Part shown: positions 18,728 through 27,922 of the stretch, piece after piece
Layout of the letters: each line of letters starts with the position of its first letter
Numbering within the stretch: the first letter of the stretch is position 1
DNA from: Gemmatimonadaceae bacterium
GTDB taxonomy: Bacteria; Gemmatimonadota; Gemmatimonadetes; Gemmatimonadales; Gemmatimonadaceae
Assembly (NCBI GenBank): GCA_039927215.1
Contig: JBDSVO010000245.1
Coordinates: forward strand, 1 to 43,400
DNA length: 43,400 bases
Direction of reading: 5' to 3'
Position numbers and translations under genes: made by a program
Notes under the pieces: model-generated
Seen by the model: the letters and a program-made list of their open reading frames with translations, nothing else
Told to the model about the DNA's origin: nothing
Databases searched by the model: none

Positions 18728-19870
18728 GTGCAGCCTGCCTTGACAACTCCGCGACCCCGCCCAACCGACCCAGGGCTGCCGCCCGTTTCGTGGGAGGCAG
18801 ACATAGTGAGATCCCCGTCCGAGGGTGTATCGACGACTGTAGTCTCGTTGCTCAGCGTCTTTCTCAGGTACCGGGCGCTGATTGTTGTACTTGCAATTCT
18901 CTCCGGCTTCTACGCGTGGTATGAGAACTACACCTCTCCGGTTTACTGGACTACTACGGCCAGCTTCATGCCCCAGGGCGCCCGCGGGCAGAGCCAGCTT
19001 TCCGGAATCGCTCAACAATTCGGTCTCGGCGGCGGTGACGGCGGGCAATCGTCTGCATTCTATATGGATCTTGTCGAGTCGCGATCTCTCCTCGCCGCCG
19101 TCGCCAACCACGAGTACACGATGCGCACAGATTCGGGCGTTCTGACGGGCAAAATCGACAAGATACACGGAATCCGGACAAGTAACCCGGCAGTCCGGAA
19201 GGCGCGGATGGTCGATGCTGTCAAAGGCCAGGTCGAGAAAAGCTCGAACCCGAGAACGGGCGTAATCACGATCAAGGTTCACTCTCGAACACCGGACATG
19301 GCGGTTCAAATCGCGCAGAACATCCTGGACGAGGTGAACAGATTCAACCTCAACCGCCGCCAGGCCCAGGCGGGAGCGGAGCGCGGCTTTGTCGAGAAGC
19401 GGCTAAGTGAGGCCCAGATGGAGCTACGGCAGGCGGAAGAAAACCTGCAATCCTTCCTCACCGAGAACCGCGAATTCAGAAGCTCGCCCAGCCTTCAGCT
19501 CGAGTTCGACCGTCTCAACCGTACCGTGTCGATGCGGCAGCAACTGTACAACGGGCTGGCGCAGTCGTACGAGCAGGCGAAGATCGAAGAGGTCAGAGAT
19601 CTTCCGGTCATCACTGTGGTCGAGCCACCGGAGACGCCGATCGCGCCCGATGCTCACGGCGGCGCCCGCAAGACGCTGATTGGAATCGCGATCGGCATTG
19701 GTATTGGAATCGTCATTGCCTTCGGGACTCAACTGGTAGCGGTGTTGACGCGGAACCGGGAGTCGGACGACTACCTGGAGTTTGCGCAGCTGTCGCATGA
19801 GGCGATGGACGACGTCAAACACCCCTGGCGCATTTTTACACGTCCGCTATCGCGCACTCGCCAGGTTTGA
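18728..19870 (+). CDS. Polysaccharide copolymerase / chain-length determinant (Wzz-like, GNVR domain)
   Basis: N-terminal TM after LRYR, coiled-coil (FVEKRLSEAQMELRQAEENL), ITVVEPPETP proline motif, Gly-rich C-terminal TM; no kinase domain. Confidence 0.85.
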   Translation: MQPALTTPRPRPTDPGLPPVSWEADIVRSPSEGVSTTVVSLLSVFLRYRALIVVLAILSGFYAWYENYTSPVYWTTTASFMPQGARGQSQLSGIAQQFGLGGGDGGQSSAFYMDLVESRSLLAAVANHEYTMRTDSGVLTGKIDKIHGIRTSNPAVRKARMVDAVKGQVEKSSNPRTGVITIKVHSRTPDMAVQIAQNILDEVNRFNLNRRQAQAGAERGFVEKRLSEAQMELRQAEENLQSFLTENREFRSSPSLQLEFDRLNRTVSMRQQLYNGLAQSYEQAKIEEVRDLPVITVVEPPETPIAPDAHGGARKTLIGIAIGIGIGIVIAFGTQLVAVLTRNRESDDYLEFAQLSHEAMDDVKHPWRIFTRPLSRTRQV

Positions 19871-19891
19871 ACCCGGCGATAAGCCCGGGTT
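19870..19891. terminator. Hairpin between convergent genes (possible bidirectional terminator)
   Basis: AACCCGG...CCGGGTT inverted repeat; no long U-tract. Confidence 0.4.
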
Positions 19892-19901
19892 GCATGGAAG
19901 G

Positions 19902-20831
19902 CTAGTGATGCGTCGCAGACTCGGGCTTCCGAAAGACCACGGTGTAATGCCAGGCGAACCGCCTTGCGAATGGGAGCACCAGGACTGCTTTGTCAGCGCT
20001 CAGCATCAGTCGCTCGATTGCGCGCGGAAGGCGGACACGACGGGATAGACGGAACGCGCGAAAGATGCTCTCCAGCCCGTAGTGGGCGAATCCGGTGAAG
20101 AACCAACCAGGTAAGACCTTCTCCAATTCCCATCCGGTTGCGTCAGCGATGCGCTCGAAATCGCGCATCACAAATCCCTCCGCTACTTCATCGGCCGCTG
20201 AGTGAGCCTTCGCCGGGAACAGCTTCCGGTACAGCGGCCGCAGTCTCGTGAGCGTCTGCATCCAGAAAAAATTCGGCTCAATCCCGAACACAACGCGCCC
20301 GCCAGGCTTCAGAACCCTGTTCATCTCCGCAATGGATCGATCGAGATGAGGGAAGTGATGAAGCGCCGCGACTGTGTAGACCACGTCGACCTGGTTGTCA
20401 CCTATCAGAATCTGGTTGGCATCGAGGCAGCACAAGACGACGGGTTTCTCAGCCAGGAGTGAGTTGTTCTTCCGGGCGTACTCGAGCATCGAAGGCGACA
20501 GCTCGGAAAGGATATAACAGCTGAATTTGTCGGTCCGTCGGAGGAACAGGTCGGCATCGAACCCCACACCGCCAGCCAGCTCCAGGATCACTGCCCGGTC
20601 CCCCAGTTGTCTCGTCACCTCGTCGATCACCCGGTGATGCGCGCTCAGGTTTCGCTCGGTGAGCATTTGATTGCTGTCGACCCACCGCTCTCTCGAATCG
20701 GAGTGATACTCTGCATCCTTCACCGTGACCTCTTCCATGGAATCCGGAAGCAGATCGAGTATCCGATCTCTGTTGCGAAGAAGATCGGGTACCTCCTGAG
20801 TGACTCGAAGCTTCAGCACCGTTGTCGGCAT
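19902..20831 (-). CDS. Class I SAM-dependent methyltransferase
   Basis: ILELAGGVG, ELSPSML, AALHHF, RVLKPGG. Confidence 0.88.
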   Translation of the reverse strand: MPTTVLKLRVTQEVPDLLRNRDRILDLLPDSMEEVTVKDAEYHSDSRERWVDSNQMLTERNLSAHHRVIDEVTRQLGDRAVILELAGGVGFDADLFLRRTDKFSCYILSELSPSMLEYARKNNSLLAEKPVVLCCLDANQILIGDNQVDVVYTVAALHHFPHLDRSIAEMNRVLKPGGRVVFGIEPNFFWMQTLTRLRPLYRKLFPAKAHSAADEVAEGFVMRDFERIADATGWELEKVLPGWFFTGFAHYGLESIFRAFRLSRRVRLPRAIERLMLSADKAVLVLPFARRFAWHYTVVFRKPESATHH

Positions 20832-20877
20832 ACGACGTTATTTGAGATTTCGATGAAGGTTTCCGGCGTGTCGCCGC

Positions 20878-22269
20878 CTATCTGCCCGGCCGCGTCATCC
20901 ACTGTTTCGCTTGCATGTCGTAAGTCATTACCGCCGCGTCGCCAAATGAATTCGGGTCTCGCGCGCCGGTAAAGGAGTAAGCGCCAAGAACAACTGTGCT
21001 CGCTCCGAGATTCTTCACACCGCGCGCGAGCGACTCGGAGCGGGCGTCGGTGACGTGCAGGTCGGTCACGGAACAGCGGTGGCATCCCGCATCGAGGGAT
21101 ACAGCATAGCTGTCTTCGATGCTCGTTTGCGGGGAAGCGTTATCGCGTGAAGTCACACCAGACACGCTGACGTCGTCGCACCCGATGAGACGCACGATGT
21201 TGCCCGACGAAAACGATGACGCGACTCCGATGATCTGCGAGGAATCACAGGATTCCATCCGGATGCAGCCGGTATCGCTCTGACCGCCCAGATAATTGAG
21301 TCCCATGATTTGTATCTGGCGCGCCGACTTCACCCCGATTCCGCCCGCCTTCTTGGCCGTTACCTGCTGAATGTAGCAGCCGATGATCGACGTGTACCCG
21401 ACATTGCGGTCGGCCGCGGACTTCCCCTCGATCAAAATGTTCTGTCCAATGTTTTCGCCGAGGTACGCACCAATGACAGAATTGATGAGGTTGTTGCTCG
21501 CTGACTCGCCGGTAATGTGAATGCCATGCGAGTCATTGGAGTTGATGAGATTGTCGGTGATGCGGTTGCCGCCACTCGCGACGATCAAACCGACCCCCTT
21601 GTTCGACCCGATTTCACAGCCGGCGATCCAGCTGTCACTGTAGAGTCGCACGCCGGTTCCCTTGTTGTCGCGCACATACGATTGTCGAAGCTCACACAGG
21701 CCCTGGTTGAAATAGATGCCGCACGTTACGAAGCGGTCGACGAGAACATTAAGCAATCTCGCTTTGTTTCCGTCCTTTCCGTACCAGCCGTAGGTGCCGA
21801 GGTTGTTGCCGTCGAGATGCACGAGCGAAAGCTCGAGACCGTTCGCAGCTCCGGCGGGAACGAACATCGGTGACGCACTCGCGCTGACGAGGCGCGTGTT
21901 AGCGCCGGCGTCGACGCTCCAGCCCTGGCCCACGAATCTGATCGTGCCGCCGCCGCCGCGAATCCGGGGAATGCGAAGTGAATCCACGAGGTAAGTGCCC
22001 GCGGGCAGATCGATCACGCCGCCGCCGGCCGCAGCGACGGCATTCACGGCGGCCATTATCGCGGCCGTGTCGTTCGTGCGCCCATCGCCCGTCGCCGAAA
22101 AAGGGAGCGCCCTGACGTTCACGGTGAGGCCGCAGCAGTTGGTGACTGGAGCCGGAACAGCGCCATTGAATGCGATCGGTGCAGCGAATGGCAAGCTGAG
22201 CGCATGGCCTGTTCCGCCGACTGCAGCGCCGCCGGCGACGGAAAAGAAAGTTCGGCGATCGATTGTCAT
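20878..22269 (-). CDS. Tat-exported right-handed beta-helix protein (pectin-lyase-like/GH28-related), possible polysaccharide depolymerase or modifier
   Basis: True start is ATG 22269 (MTIDRRTFFSVAGGAAVGG, twin-arginine; upstream AGGGGG). NVRALPFSATGDGRTNDTAAI...GGGVIDLPAGTY Pectate_lyase_3-type N-terminus followed by PbH-like repeats. The 23046 start overlaps the neighbouring gene. Confidence 0.85.
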   Translation of the reverse strand: MTIDRRTFFSVAGGAAVGGTGHALSLPFAAPIAFNGAVPAPVTNCCGLTVNVRALPFSATGDGRTNDTAAIMAAVNAVAAAGGGVIDLPAGTYLVDSLRIPRIRGGGGTIRFVGQGWSVDAGANTRLVSASASPMFVPAGAANGLELSLVHLDGNNLGTYGWYGKDGNKARLLNVLVDRFVTCGIYFNQGLCELRQSYVRDNKGTGVRLYSDSWIAGCEIGSNKGVGLIVASGGNRITDNLINSNDSHGIHITGESASNNLINSVIGAYLGENIGQNILIEGKSAADRNVGYTSIIGCYIQQVTAKKAGGIGVKSARQIQIMGLNYLGGQSDTGCIRMESCDSSQIIGVASSFSSGNIVRLIGCDDVSVSGVTSRDNASPQTSIEDSYAVSLDAGCHRCSVTDLHVTDARSESLARGVKNLGASTVVLGAYSFTGARDPNSFGDAAVMTYDMQAKQWMTRPGR

Positions 22270-22343
22270 CGAGTGAGAGCCCCCTGCTGCTTGCAAGTTG
22301 TATGATGGAATTCCAAGTCTACGGTCGACGTGTGACCCGCCCT

Positions 22344-23321
22344 TCACTGGAGAAGGACAGCCGCCATCTGCTGCCACCGATCCCTCCAGGTATGCTCGCG
22401 TGTCACGACATCGAAATTGCGCTCGACCAGAGGCAGATAGTCTTGGTAGTGGCTCAGGATGTCGAGCAGCTGAGCCGCGGGGTTTAACATATCGATCTCG
22501 ACGACCGGGTTGTACCCGAAGAGCTGGACCATCTCCGCGGGGGCGCGGCCGAGTACCACGCACTTCGAAACCATTGACTGTAGAAAACGCACAGTCATTG
22601 TCTCGACGTCCCCAGCGCGCTCGGGGTGCGTGATGTTTGATGGAACGCAGATCGAAATCCGGGAGCGGGCGAGCCCTGCCACGAATTCGTCGCGCCCGGG
22701 AAAGATGATCGTGCCTCTTGGGCTTTCGTAGAGGTACGTTTTTCCCGCGCTCTCCAGCGCCGGCGCGATCACCGTGTGATGCGCGTCGTACTTTCGGCCG
22801 AGCTGAAGGACGTCGATGTCTTTCTCGAGGAGCGGCAGCGCCTGGTATTGTGCGGGATCGATGCCCTCCGGCACCCAGATGAAAGTGCACCCGTCGCACA
22901 GCTCGGCCAGGCGCGCCGCTGCCTGGCTCGAGGACACGAACGCGTACTGGATCCCCCAGCTCTCGACGAACGCACGGATGTCGCGATGCCGGGACGGCCA
23001 GGCATCGAAGACGTAGATGCTTCTCCGGGCAGTGCGAATGAACCATGGTGCTGCTTTCGCGGCGTCGAGCTCCATCATCACCGCGAGGTAGTCTCTCGCC
23101 GGCGTTCCGGCGATGCTTGATCGCCGCCGGATGCGAAGCAGCGAGCCCATGTCAGTTCCCACTCTTTCCAGCAGGCGCGTCGCACCAACCACGACGCTGT
23201 CAAAAGCCGCGTTCGATCGGGCTGGTACGACCCGCGCATCGGCGAGGATTGCTCGCTCCAGTTCGACGACTGTATCGTGCGAAACGTGATACCGCCGGGG
23301 CGGGCGGACGATCAGTTCCAT
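22344..23321 (-). CDS. GT-B glycosyltransferase (CgeB/Glyco_trans_1_2-like)
   Basis: WVPEGIDP, KDIDVLQLGRK, SRISIC, TVRFLQSM, HTWRDRW. Confidence 0.75.
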   Translation of the reverse strand: MELIVRPPRRYHVSHDTVVELERAILADARVVPARSNAAFDSVVVGATRLLERVGTDMGSLLRIRRRSSIAGTPARDYLAVMMELDAAKAAPWFIRTARRSIYVFDAWPSRHRDIRAFVESWGIQYAFVSSSQAAARLAELCDGCTFIWVPEGIDPAQYQALPLLEKDIDVLQLGRKYDAHHTVIAPALESAGKTYLYESPRGTIIFPGRDEFVAGLARSRISICVPSNITHPERAGDVETMTVRFLQSMVSKCVVLGRAPAEMVQLFGYNPVVEIDMLNPAAQLLDILSHYQDYLPLVERNFDVVTREHTWRDRWQQMAAVLLQ

Positions 23322-23398
23322 TCCGCCAGGCAGTCGGGGTGAACTTCAGAGTCCATATCAGATGATGTCGCGTTGCCGGATTCTCTCACTCCGGCAAG

Positions 23399-23408
23399 AT
23401 TGTAGCCT
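23399..23408. promoter_or_regulatory. Putative bidirectional -10 (reverse TACAAT / forward TAGCCT) between divergent genes
   Basis: ATTGTAGCCT. An alternative forward promoter is TTGCCG(23373)-17 nt-AAGATT(23396). Confidence 0.5.
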
Positions 23409-23426
23409 CATGCCAAACGTAACGAA

Positions 23427-24545
23427 ATGAAGGTAGCGATTCTCGCCGACGACCGGCCGACCTACGTGCGTCCCCTTGCCGAAGGACTGTTCCGTATGCT
23501 GAAGGCGTGCGGTGCCGATCCGGTTCTTCACTATGACGGACTGGCCCACCTTGGGCTTCGGCGGTCGATAGACCGAAATTCGCTGAGGTCGCTCGCCGGC
23601 TCTACGCTCCGCCTCATCCCGAGCCGGCGCGCGTTCGGCGAATTCCTCGAAAGGGTTGGGAACGTCGATCTGATAGTCGTTGTGCTTCATGTGCCCGGCA
23701 GCTTCGCCAAAGGTCCATTCCCGAATATCGAAGTGCTGCGCGAGAAGCTGCCCGATGTGCCTGTAGTCAATTACGACATGGTGTTCCTACCGACGCTCAA
23801 CAGCTGGGCCCGGTATCTCCTTCGCGGGGAGAAGACGGCCCTTCGCCGTGAGGTTGCAAGCATCTTCGACAGAGGTTCTTTCGGCCTCGAGCGATACGAC
23901 TGGTACCTCATGGGCTCGGTAGATCGCGAGCTGATCCTGCCACCCGGGCCGCTCCCGTACTCGCATATCGGACTTGATCTCGATGATGGATTGCTCTATC
24001 CCGATCAGCAGGGAAAGTTTTCCGTACTCGTCGATTTCGTTCGGAACGGCGCAGATAACCTCGCGCACCGCAAAGTCCAGCTTGAGGCGCTCGAGCTTGC
24101 CGGCGTGGATTACGTTGTGCTCGAGGGCCGTTACACGATGGAGGAGATACGCGCCATCTACCGGCGGACCTCCATGTACTTTCTCGCGTTCTGTGAGAGC
24201 TTCGGACTTCCCGTGTGCGAGCTTCAGGCATGCGGGAGCAAGATTTACATGCCGAGCCCGTACTGGGCTTCGTCACATTGGATAAGTCAGAGCGCCAACG
24301 GTCCTCGCGAGCCCCTCTATTCCTCCAATTTCGTGGTGTACGAGAACAACCCGGAAAAGCTCGCCGACCGCATTCGTGAAGAGGCGCGCACGTTCGATCC
24401 GGCGAGCGTGAGAGCGACGTTTGAACAGGTGCAGCCGGAGCTGTTGCATGGAGACCGCGCCGCTCTCCTGGATTTTCTCGAGCGTGTCGATGATGGTAGG
24501 ATTCACTCCGGGCTGCACAAATCTCACGTCGGTGTAGGAGCCTGA
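23427..24545 (+). CDS. Divergent GT-B/GT4-like glycosyltransferase
   Basis: MKVAILAD N-terminus; ESFGLPVCELQACG contains the GT4 E-x7-E motif. Confidence 0.65.
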   Translation: MKVAILADDRPTYVRPLAEGLFRMLKACGADPVLHYDGLAHLGLRRSIDRNSLRSLAGSTLRLIPSRRAFGEFLERVGNVDLIVVVLHVPGSFAKGPFPNIEVLREKLPDVPVVNYDMVFLPTLNSWARYLLRGEKTALRREVASIFDRGSFGLERYDWYLMGSVDRELILPPGPLPYSHIGLDLDDGLLYPDQQGKFSVLVDFVRNGADNLAHRKVQLEALELAGVDYVVLEGRYTMEEIRAIYRRTSMYFLAFCESFGLPVCELQACGSKIYMPSPYWASSHWISQSANGPREPLYSSNFVVYENNPEKLADRIREEARTFDPASVRATFEQVQPELLHGDRAALLDFLERVDDGRIHSGLHKSHVGVGA

Positions 24546-24574
24546 CCGAAGCGGCCAACGAGTACGGCCGCGGA

Positions 24575-24584
24575 ATTGTATTTT
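24575..24584 (+). promoter_or_regulatory. Putative leaderless promoter of wzy
   Basis: ATTGTATTTT-ctgaccc-ATG(24592), with no SD. Confidence 0.55.
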
Positions 24585-24591
24585 CTGACCC

Positions 24592-25959
24592 ATGTTAGAA
24601 ACCATGACGCGCAGATTTCCGACTTCAGCTGGCCTGCTTATCGGCGCCGCGTTCTGTGCGCATCTGGCAGCAATCGTCCAGGCGGGTTTCGGCCAGACGG
24701 TCTCTGGCGCGACACTTTTTTTGGTGGGACAGACGGCGCTCGCCTTTGGCCTAGTTCGTCTGATCGACGGAGACTGGGTTTTTCAGGACATCCGCTTCCT
24801 TTTCGTAATTTTTTTCTTTCTCTACGGCGGATTGCATCCCCTGCTGGTGACGTTCGCCGGCCGAAACGATCCGGGCACTGCGGGAGCCGCGTTTCTGTAT
24901 GCAGCCGGTTTCGCCGGCTTCAACCTCGTGCAGTGGTGGTTTAAGGAGCCGTGGCGGGACATACCGCCGGCGGCATTCGATCGGATTCGGCCCAACACTG
25001 CGAACCTGGCCCTACTCATTTTCATCTTTGGATTCATAATGGCCTACGCGTATGCGAGGGGGATCCGACTCTCGTTGAGCGTAGATCGTACCCAGGCTCA
25101 GTTTCTTGGTACACAACTGTGGGTGGTGGCGCAGTTCGCCCTGAGCGGTGCGACAATGTTCATGTTCGTAGGGTGGTCGCGGCTCAGCCGGCCCGCACGA
25201 ATCCTGCTCGTAGTTACCCTGACAGCGTACATCCTGATTCAGGTCTCGTTTGGAAACAGGCGCGAATTCCTTCCCATGGCGGTATTCGGTGCGGGGCTGA
25301 TCGCCACCCGCCGCCGCTCGGTGATTCGCCTTGGGACGGTCGTCCTGGGATTTTTGAGTTTTTCCTTCTTCCTCCTCATTGCCCTGATCCGTCAGGTAGT
25401 CCAGCACCCAAGTCTCGCGGCACAGGGACCACTCAAGCTTCTGCTCGAGACCAACGAGTTCGTTACGCCGATACAGACACTGATCTTCTACGTGACTGCG
25501 AATCGGCCACTCAAGCTTGGCTGGACATATTTTTACGCTCCGGTCCTGTTCGTCCCGAGGGCAATCTGGTCTGGTAAGCCGGAGAGCCTTTCTCTGACTT
25601 TCCTGCGCGACGCTTTTGGCTACACGGCGCTTATGGGCTATGCCTACACACCGGTCACCGAAGCATTCATAAACTTCGGCTGGGTTGGGCCGTTTCTCGC
25701 GTTGTGCCTCGTGTCATTGCTGATGGTCAAGCTAGTGCGGGATGCCGACGTTCGGCCTGGTCTCTATCTCATAGCGTTTGCCATGGTGGTCGATTTCAAC
25801 CGTGGCGATTTCGGAGGGATCTTCTACACGGTTGCCGTAATTGGCGGGGCCTACGCAGGCATGCACTTCATCTCTAGGCTCAAGTGGGCTAGCCCAAGCT
25901 CCAGCGCCGTCAGACCAGAGAGCAGGCCAACGCCCCGAGCGGCAACTGTGGGCTACTGA
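24592..25959 (+). CDS. wzy: O-antigen/polysaccharide polymerase (Wzy-like)
   Basis: About 11 TMs; FGNRREF, FVPRAIWSGKP, TPVTEAFINFGWVG, FNRGDF. Confidence 0.8.
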   Translation: MLETMTRRFPTSAGLLIGAAFCAHLAAIVQAGFGQTVSGATLFLVGQTALAFGLVRLIDGDWVFQDIRFLFVIFFFLYGGLHPLLVTFAGRNDPGTAGAAFLYAAGFAGFNLVQWWFKEPWRDIPPAAFDRIRPNTANLALLIFIFGFIMAYAYARGIRLSLSVDRTQAQFLGTQLWVVAQFALSGATMFMFVGWSRLSRPARILLVVTLTAYILIQVSFGNRREFLPMAVFGAGLIATRRRSVIRLGTVVLGFLSFSFFLLIALIRQVVQHPSLAAQGPLKLLLETNEFVTPIQTLIFYVTANRPLKLGWTYFYAPVLFVPRAIWSGKPESLSLTFLRDAFGYTALMGYAYTPVTEAFINFGWVGPFLALCLVSLLMVKLVRDADVRPGLYLIAFAMVVDFNRGDFGGIFYTVAVIGGAYAGMHFISRLKWASPSSSAVRPESRPTPRAATVGY

Positions 25960-25978
25960 TCGAGCCGTCTATTTGCGC

Positions 25979-26977
25979 TTATCGAGCCTGCCTGCCGGTG
26001 ACCAGTTCGCGGGCCGCGAGAGCAAAGCTGCGCTGCGTTTTGAAGCCGAGCTCACGCTCGATCTTCACGGCGCTGTATACCGCGGGTCGCGACAACTTGG
26101 ACAACGCCGCCGAATTGAACGGAATCCTTCGCCCTGTGAGGCGCTCACCGAGATCCGCGATCACCGCGGCCGTGGCGAGCACTCCGCGCGGCAGCCCCCA
26201 CGCCGGTGGCCGACGCCCCAACGACTCGAGCACGATCTCGTAAATCTCGCGTGACGAGTACGCGCGCGGCTCTGCGACGATGTAAACCTTGCCGGCCGCC
26301 TCGGGCTTCGCTGCGACCAGCATAGCCGCGCGCACCGCGTCCTCAACGTGGATAAGGCTGCGCTTGCCGGGGTACTCGGGCAGCGGAGGAAAAACGCCGC
26401 GATCGATGGCCCTGATCATCCTTGCCAGAGGACCCTTGTGGCCCGGGCCGTAAACCATCGGCAGTCGAATGCAAACGGTCCTCATGCCGCCTTTTCCATT
26501 CATGTCGAGCACGAGCGCCTCGGCCCGGAGTTTGGCGCGGCCATAAGATGTCGTCGGCTCCGGCGAGGCGGTCTCGTCCATTGCGGAGGACGAGCCCTCG
26601 GGCATCACAGCGCACGTGCTGAAGAAAACGAAGGCTCCGGCCCCCGCATCGGACGCGGCTCGCAGCAGGTCTCGAGTGCCCTCGACGGTTACACGAGTAT
26701 GCTCGGCTTCTGCGTCATGCCCATCGTCCACGATGTGTACGCGCGCCGCCAGATGGAACGCGGCGTCCAGCCGCACATCATCGAGCTCCGGAATGGCGTC
26801 GCGGCCAAGGTCGGCTGCGATGGCATCCGACCCTGCAGCGTTGCGCGAAAGACGATAGACGCGGGCGCCTTCCCGCTCCAGCCGCTCGCACAGGACTCGT
26901 CCGATAAAGCCACCAGCGCCCGTCACCAGATATCTCTTCACGCTACGATCTTGTCCGCGCGACATGATGGCTGCCAT
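25979..26977 (-). CDS. NAD-dependent epimerase/dehydratase (extended SDR, WbpV-like)
   Basis: LVTGAGGFIG, FHLAARVH, YGRAK (YxxxK), RLPMVYGPG. The start could be 26965 or GTG 26941. Confidence 0.9.
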   Translation of the reverse strand: MAAIMSRGQDRSVKRYLVTGAGGFIGRVLCERLEREGARVYRLSRNAAGSDAIAADLGRDAIPELDDVRLDAAFHLAARVHIVDDGHDAEAEHTRVTVEGTRDLLRAASDAGAGAFVFFSTCAVMPEGSSSAMDETASPEPTTSYGRAKLRAEALVLDMNGKGGMRTVCIRLPMVYGPGHKGPLARMIRAIDRGVFPPLPEYPGKRSLIHVEDAVRAAMLVAAKPEAAGKVYIVAEPRAYSSREIYEIVLESLGRRPPAWGLPRGVLATAAVIADLGERLTGRRIPFNSAALSKLSRPAVYSAVKIERELGFKTQRSFALAARELVTGRQAR

Positions 26978-26983
26978 TGAGGA

Positions 26984-27922
26984 TCATCGCTTTCGGATAT
27001 TCTCGCCCGCCGAGATGCCGGGTGTGCTGAATACACGCTTATCGCCGCTCACCTGGTACTCGAGAAGTTTCACCTTTTCGCGCATCCAGATGCCGGCGCG
27101 GATAAGCATCCGCGACAGGTAACCATGCTGCGTCGCGATGTAAAAGTCGTAGAAATTGCGCAGCTCGCGGTGCATGAGTCGTATCTCTCTCAGCCCATCC
27201 TTGTTTATGCTTTGCCCGCTGTAATGAAGCACTACAGCATCGGGCACGTAATAAATGCTCTGCTTGTGTTGTCCCAGCATATGGCAGTACGCAAGATCGA
27301 CGAACGCAAGCGTCAGCCGCTCGTCCAGCATCCCGTACGTCTCCCACGTACTTCGCCGAATGATGAAGCTGGTTGTCCCGATACTCTGCACAGTTTGAAC
27401 TTTTTCATAGTCAAAACGTGTGTTGTAGTACGTGTCGGTGATCGGGTTACCTGGCCAGATTTTGTGCAGGCTCAGCGACTGCAACGCCATCGCAAACGGT
27501 TTGGCAAAGCTTCGGATGCAGTGCTGCACCGAGCCGTCGGGGTTTATCAGCCTCGGTCCCGCGGCTGCCGCGTCCGGATGCTCATCCATGAACTCCACAA
27601 GCGTCTCGAAGGCCCCCGGGCGCACCAAGACATCGCTGTTCAGCAACAACCCGTAACGGCCTCGCGCGACCTCGAGGCCGGCATTGTTCGCCTTCGCATA
27701 GCGCAGGTTGGTCGCGTTGCGAATAACGCGAGCTTCGGGGAAAAGCTCGCTCACCATGTCCGCGCTGCCGTCCGCCGAGCAGTCGTCGACGACAATCACC
27801 TCGAAGCTTATGCGGCTCGTGGTATCGTAAATCGATCGCAGGCATTCACGCAGCAAGTCATTCGTGTTGTAGCTTGCGATGATCACGGAGAGATCGACCG
27901 CACCCACCTGTGATCTACTCAT
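26984..27922 (-). CDS. Glycosyltransferase family 2 (WbbL-like rhamnosyltransferase type)
   Basis: LSVIIASYNT, VVDDCSADGS, YAKANNAG, LLNSD, GPRLINPDG; ATGA coupling to the upstream epimerase. Confidence 0.88.
   Translation of the reverse strand: MSRSQVGAVDLSVIIASYNTNDLLRECLRSIYDTTSRISFEVIVVDDCSADGSADMVSELFPEARVIRNATNLRYAKANNAGLEVARGRYGLLLNSDVLVRPGAFETLVEFMDEHPDAAAAGPRLINPDGSVQHCIRSFAKPFAMALQSLSLHKIWPGNPITDTYYNTRFDYEKVQTVQSIGTTSFIIRRSTWETYGMLDERLTLAFVDLAYCHMLGQHKQSIYYVPDAVVLHYSGQSINKDGLREIRLMHRELRNFYDFYIATQHGYLSRMLIRAGIWMREKVKLLEYQVSGDKRVFSTPGISAGENIRKR

Noticed and set aside
22270-23046. N-terminal 259 aa of the 722-aa ORF, as a fusion or overlapping gene
   Set aside because: Arg/Pro-rich off-frame read of the neighbouring glycosyltransferase gene; the Tat signal and SD mark 22269 as the start.
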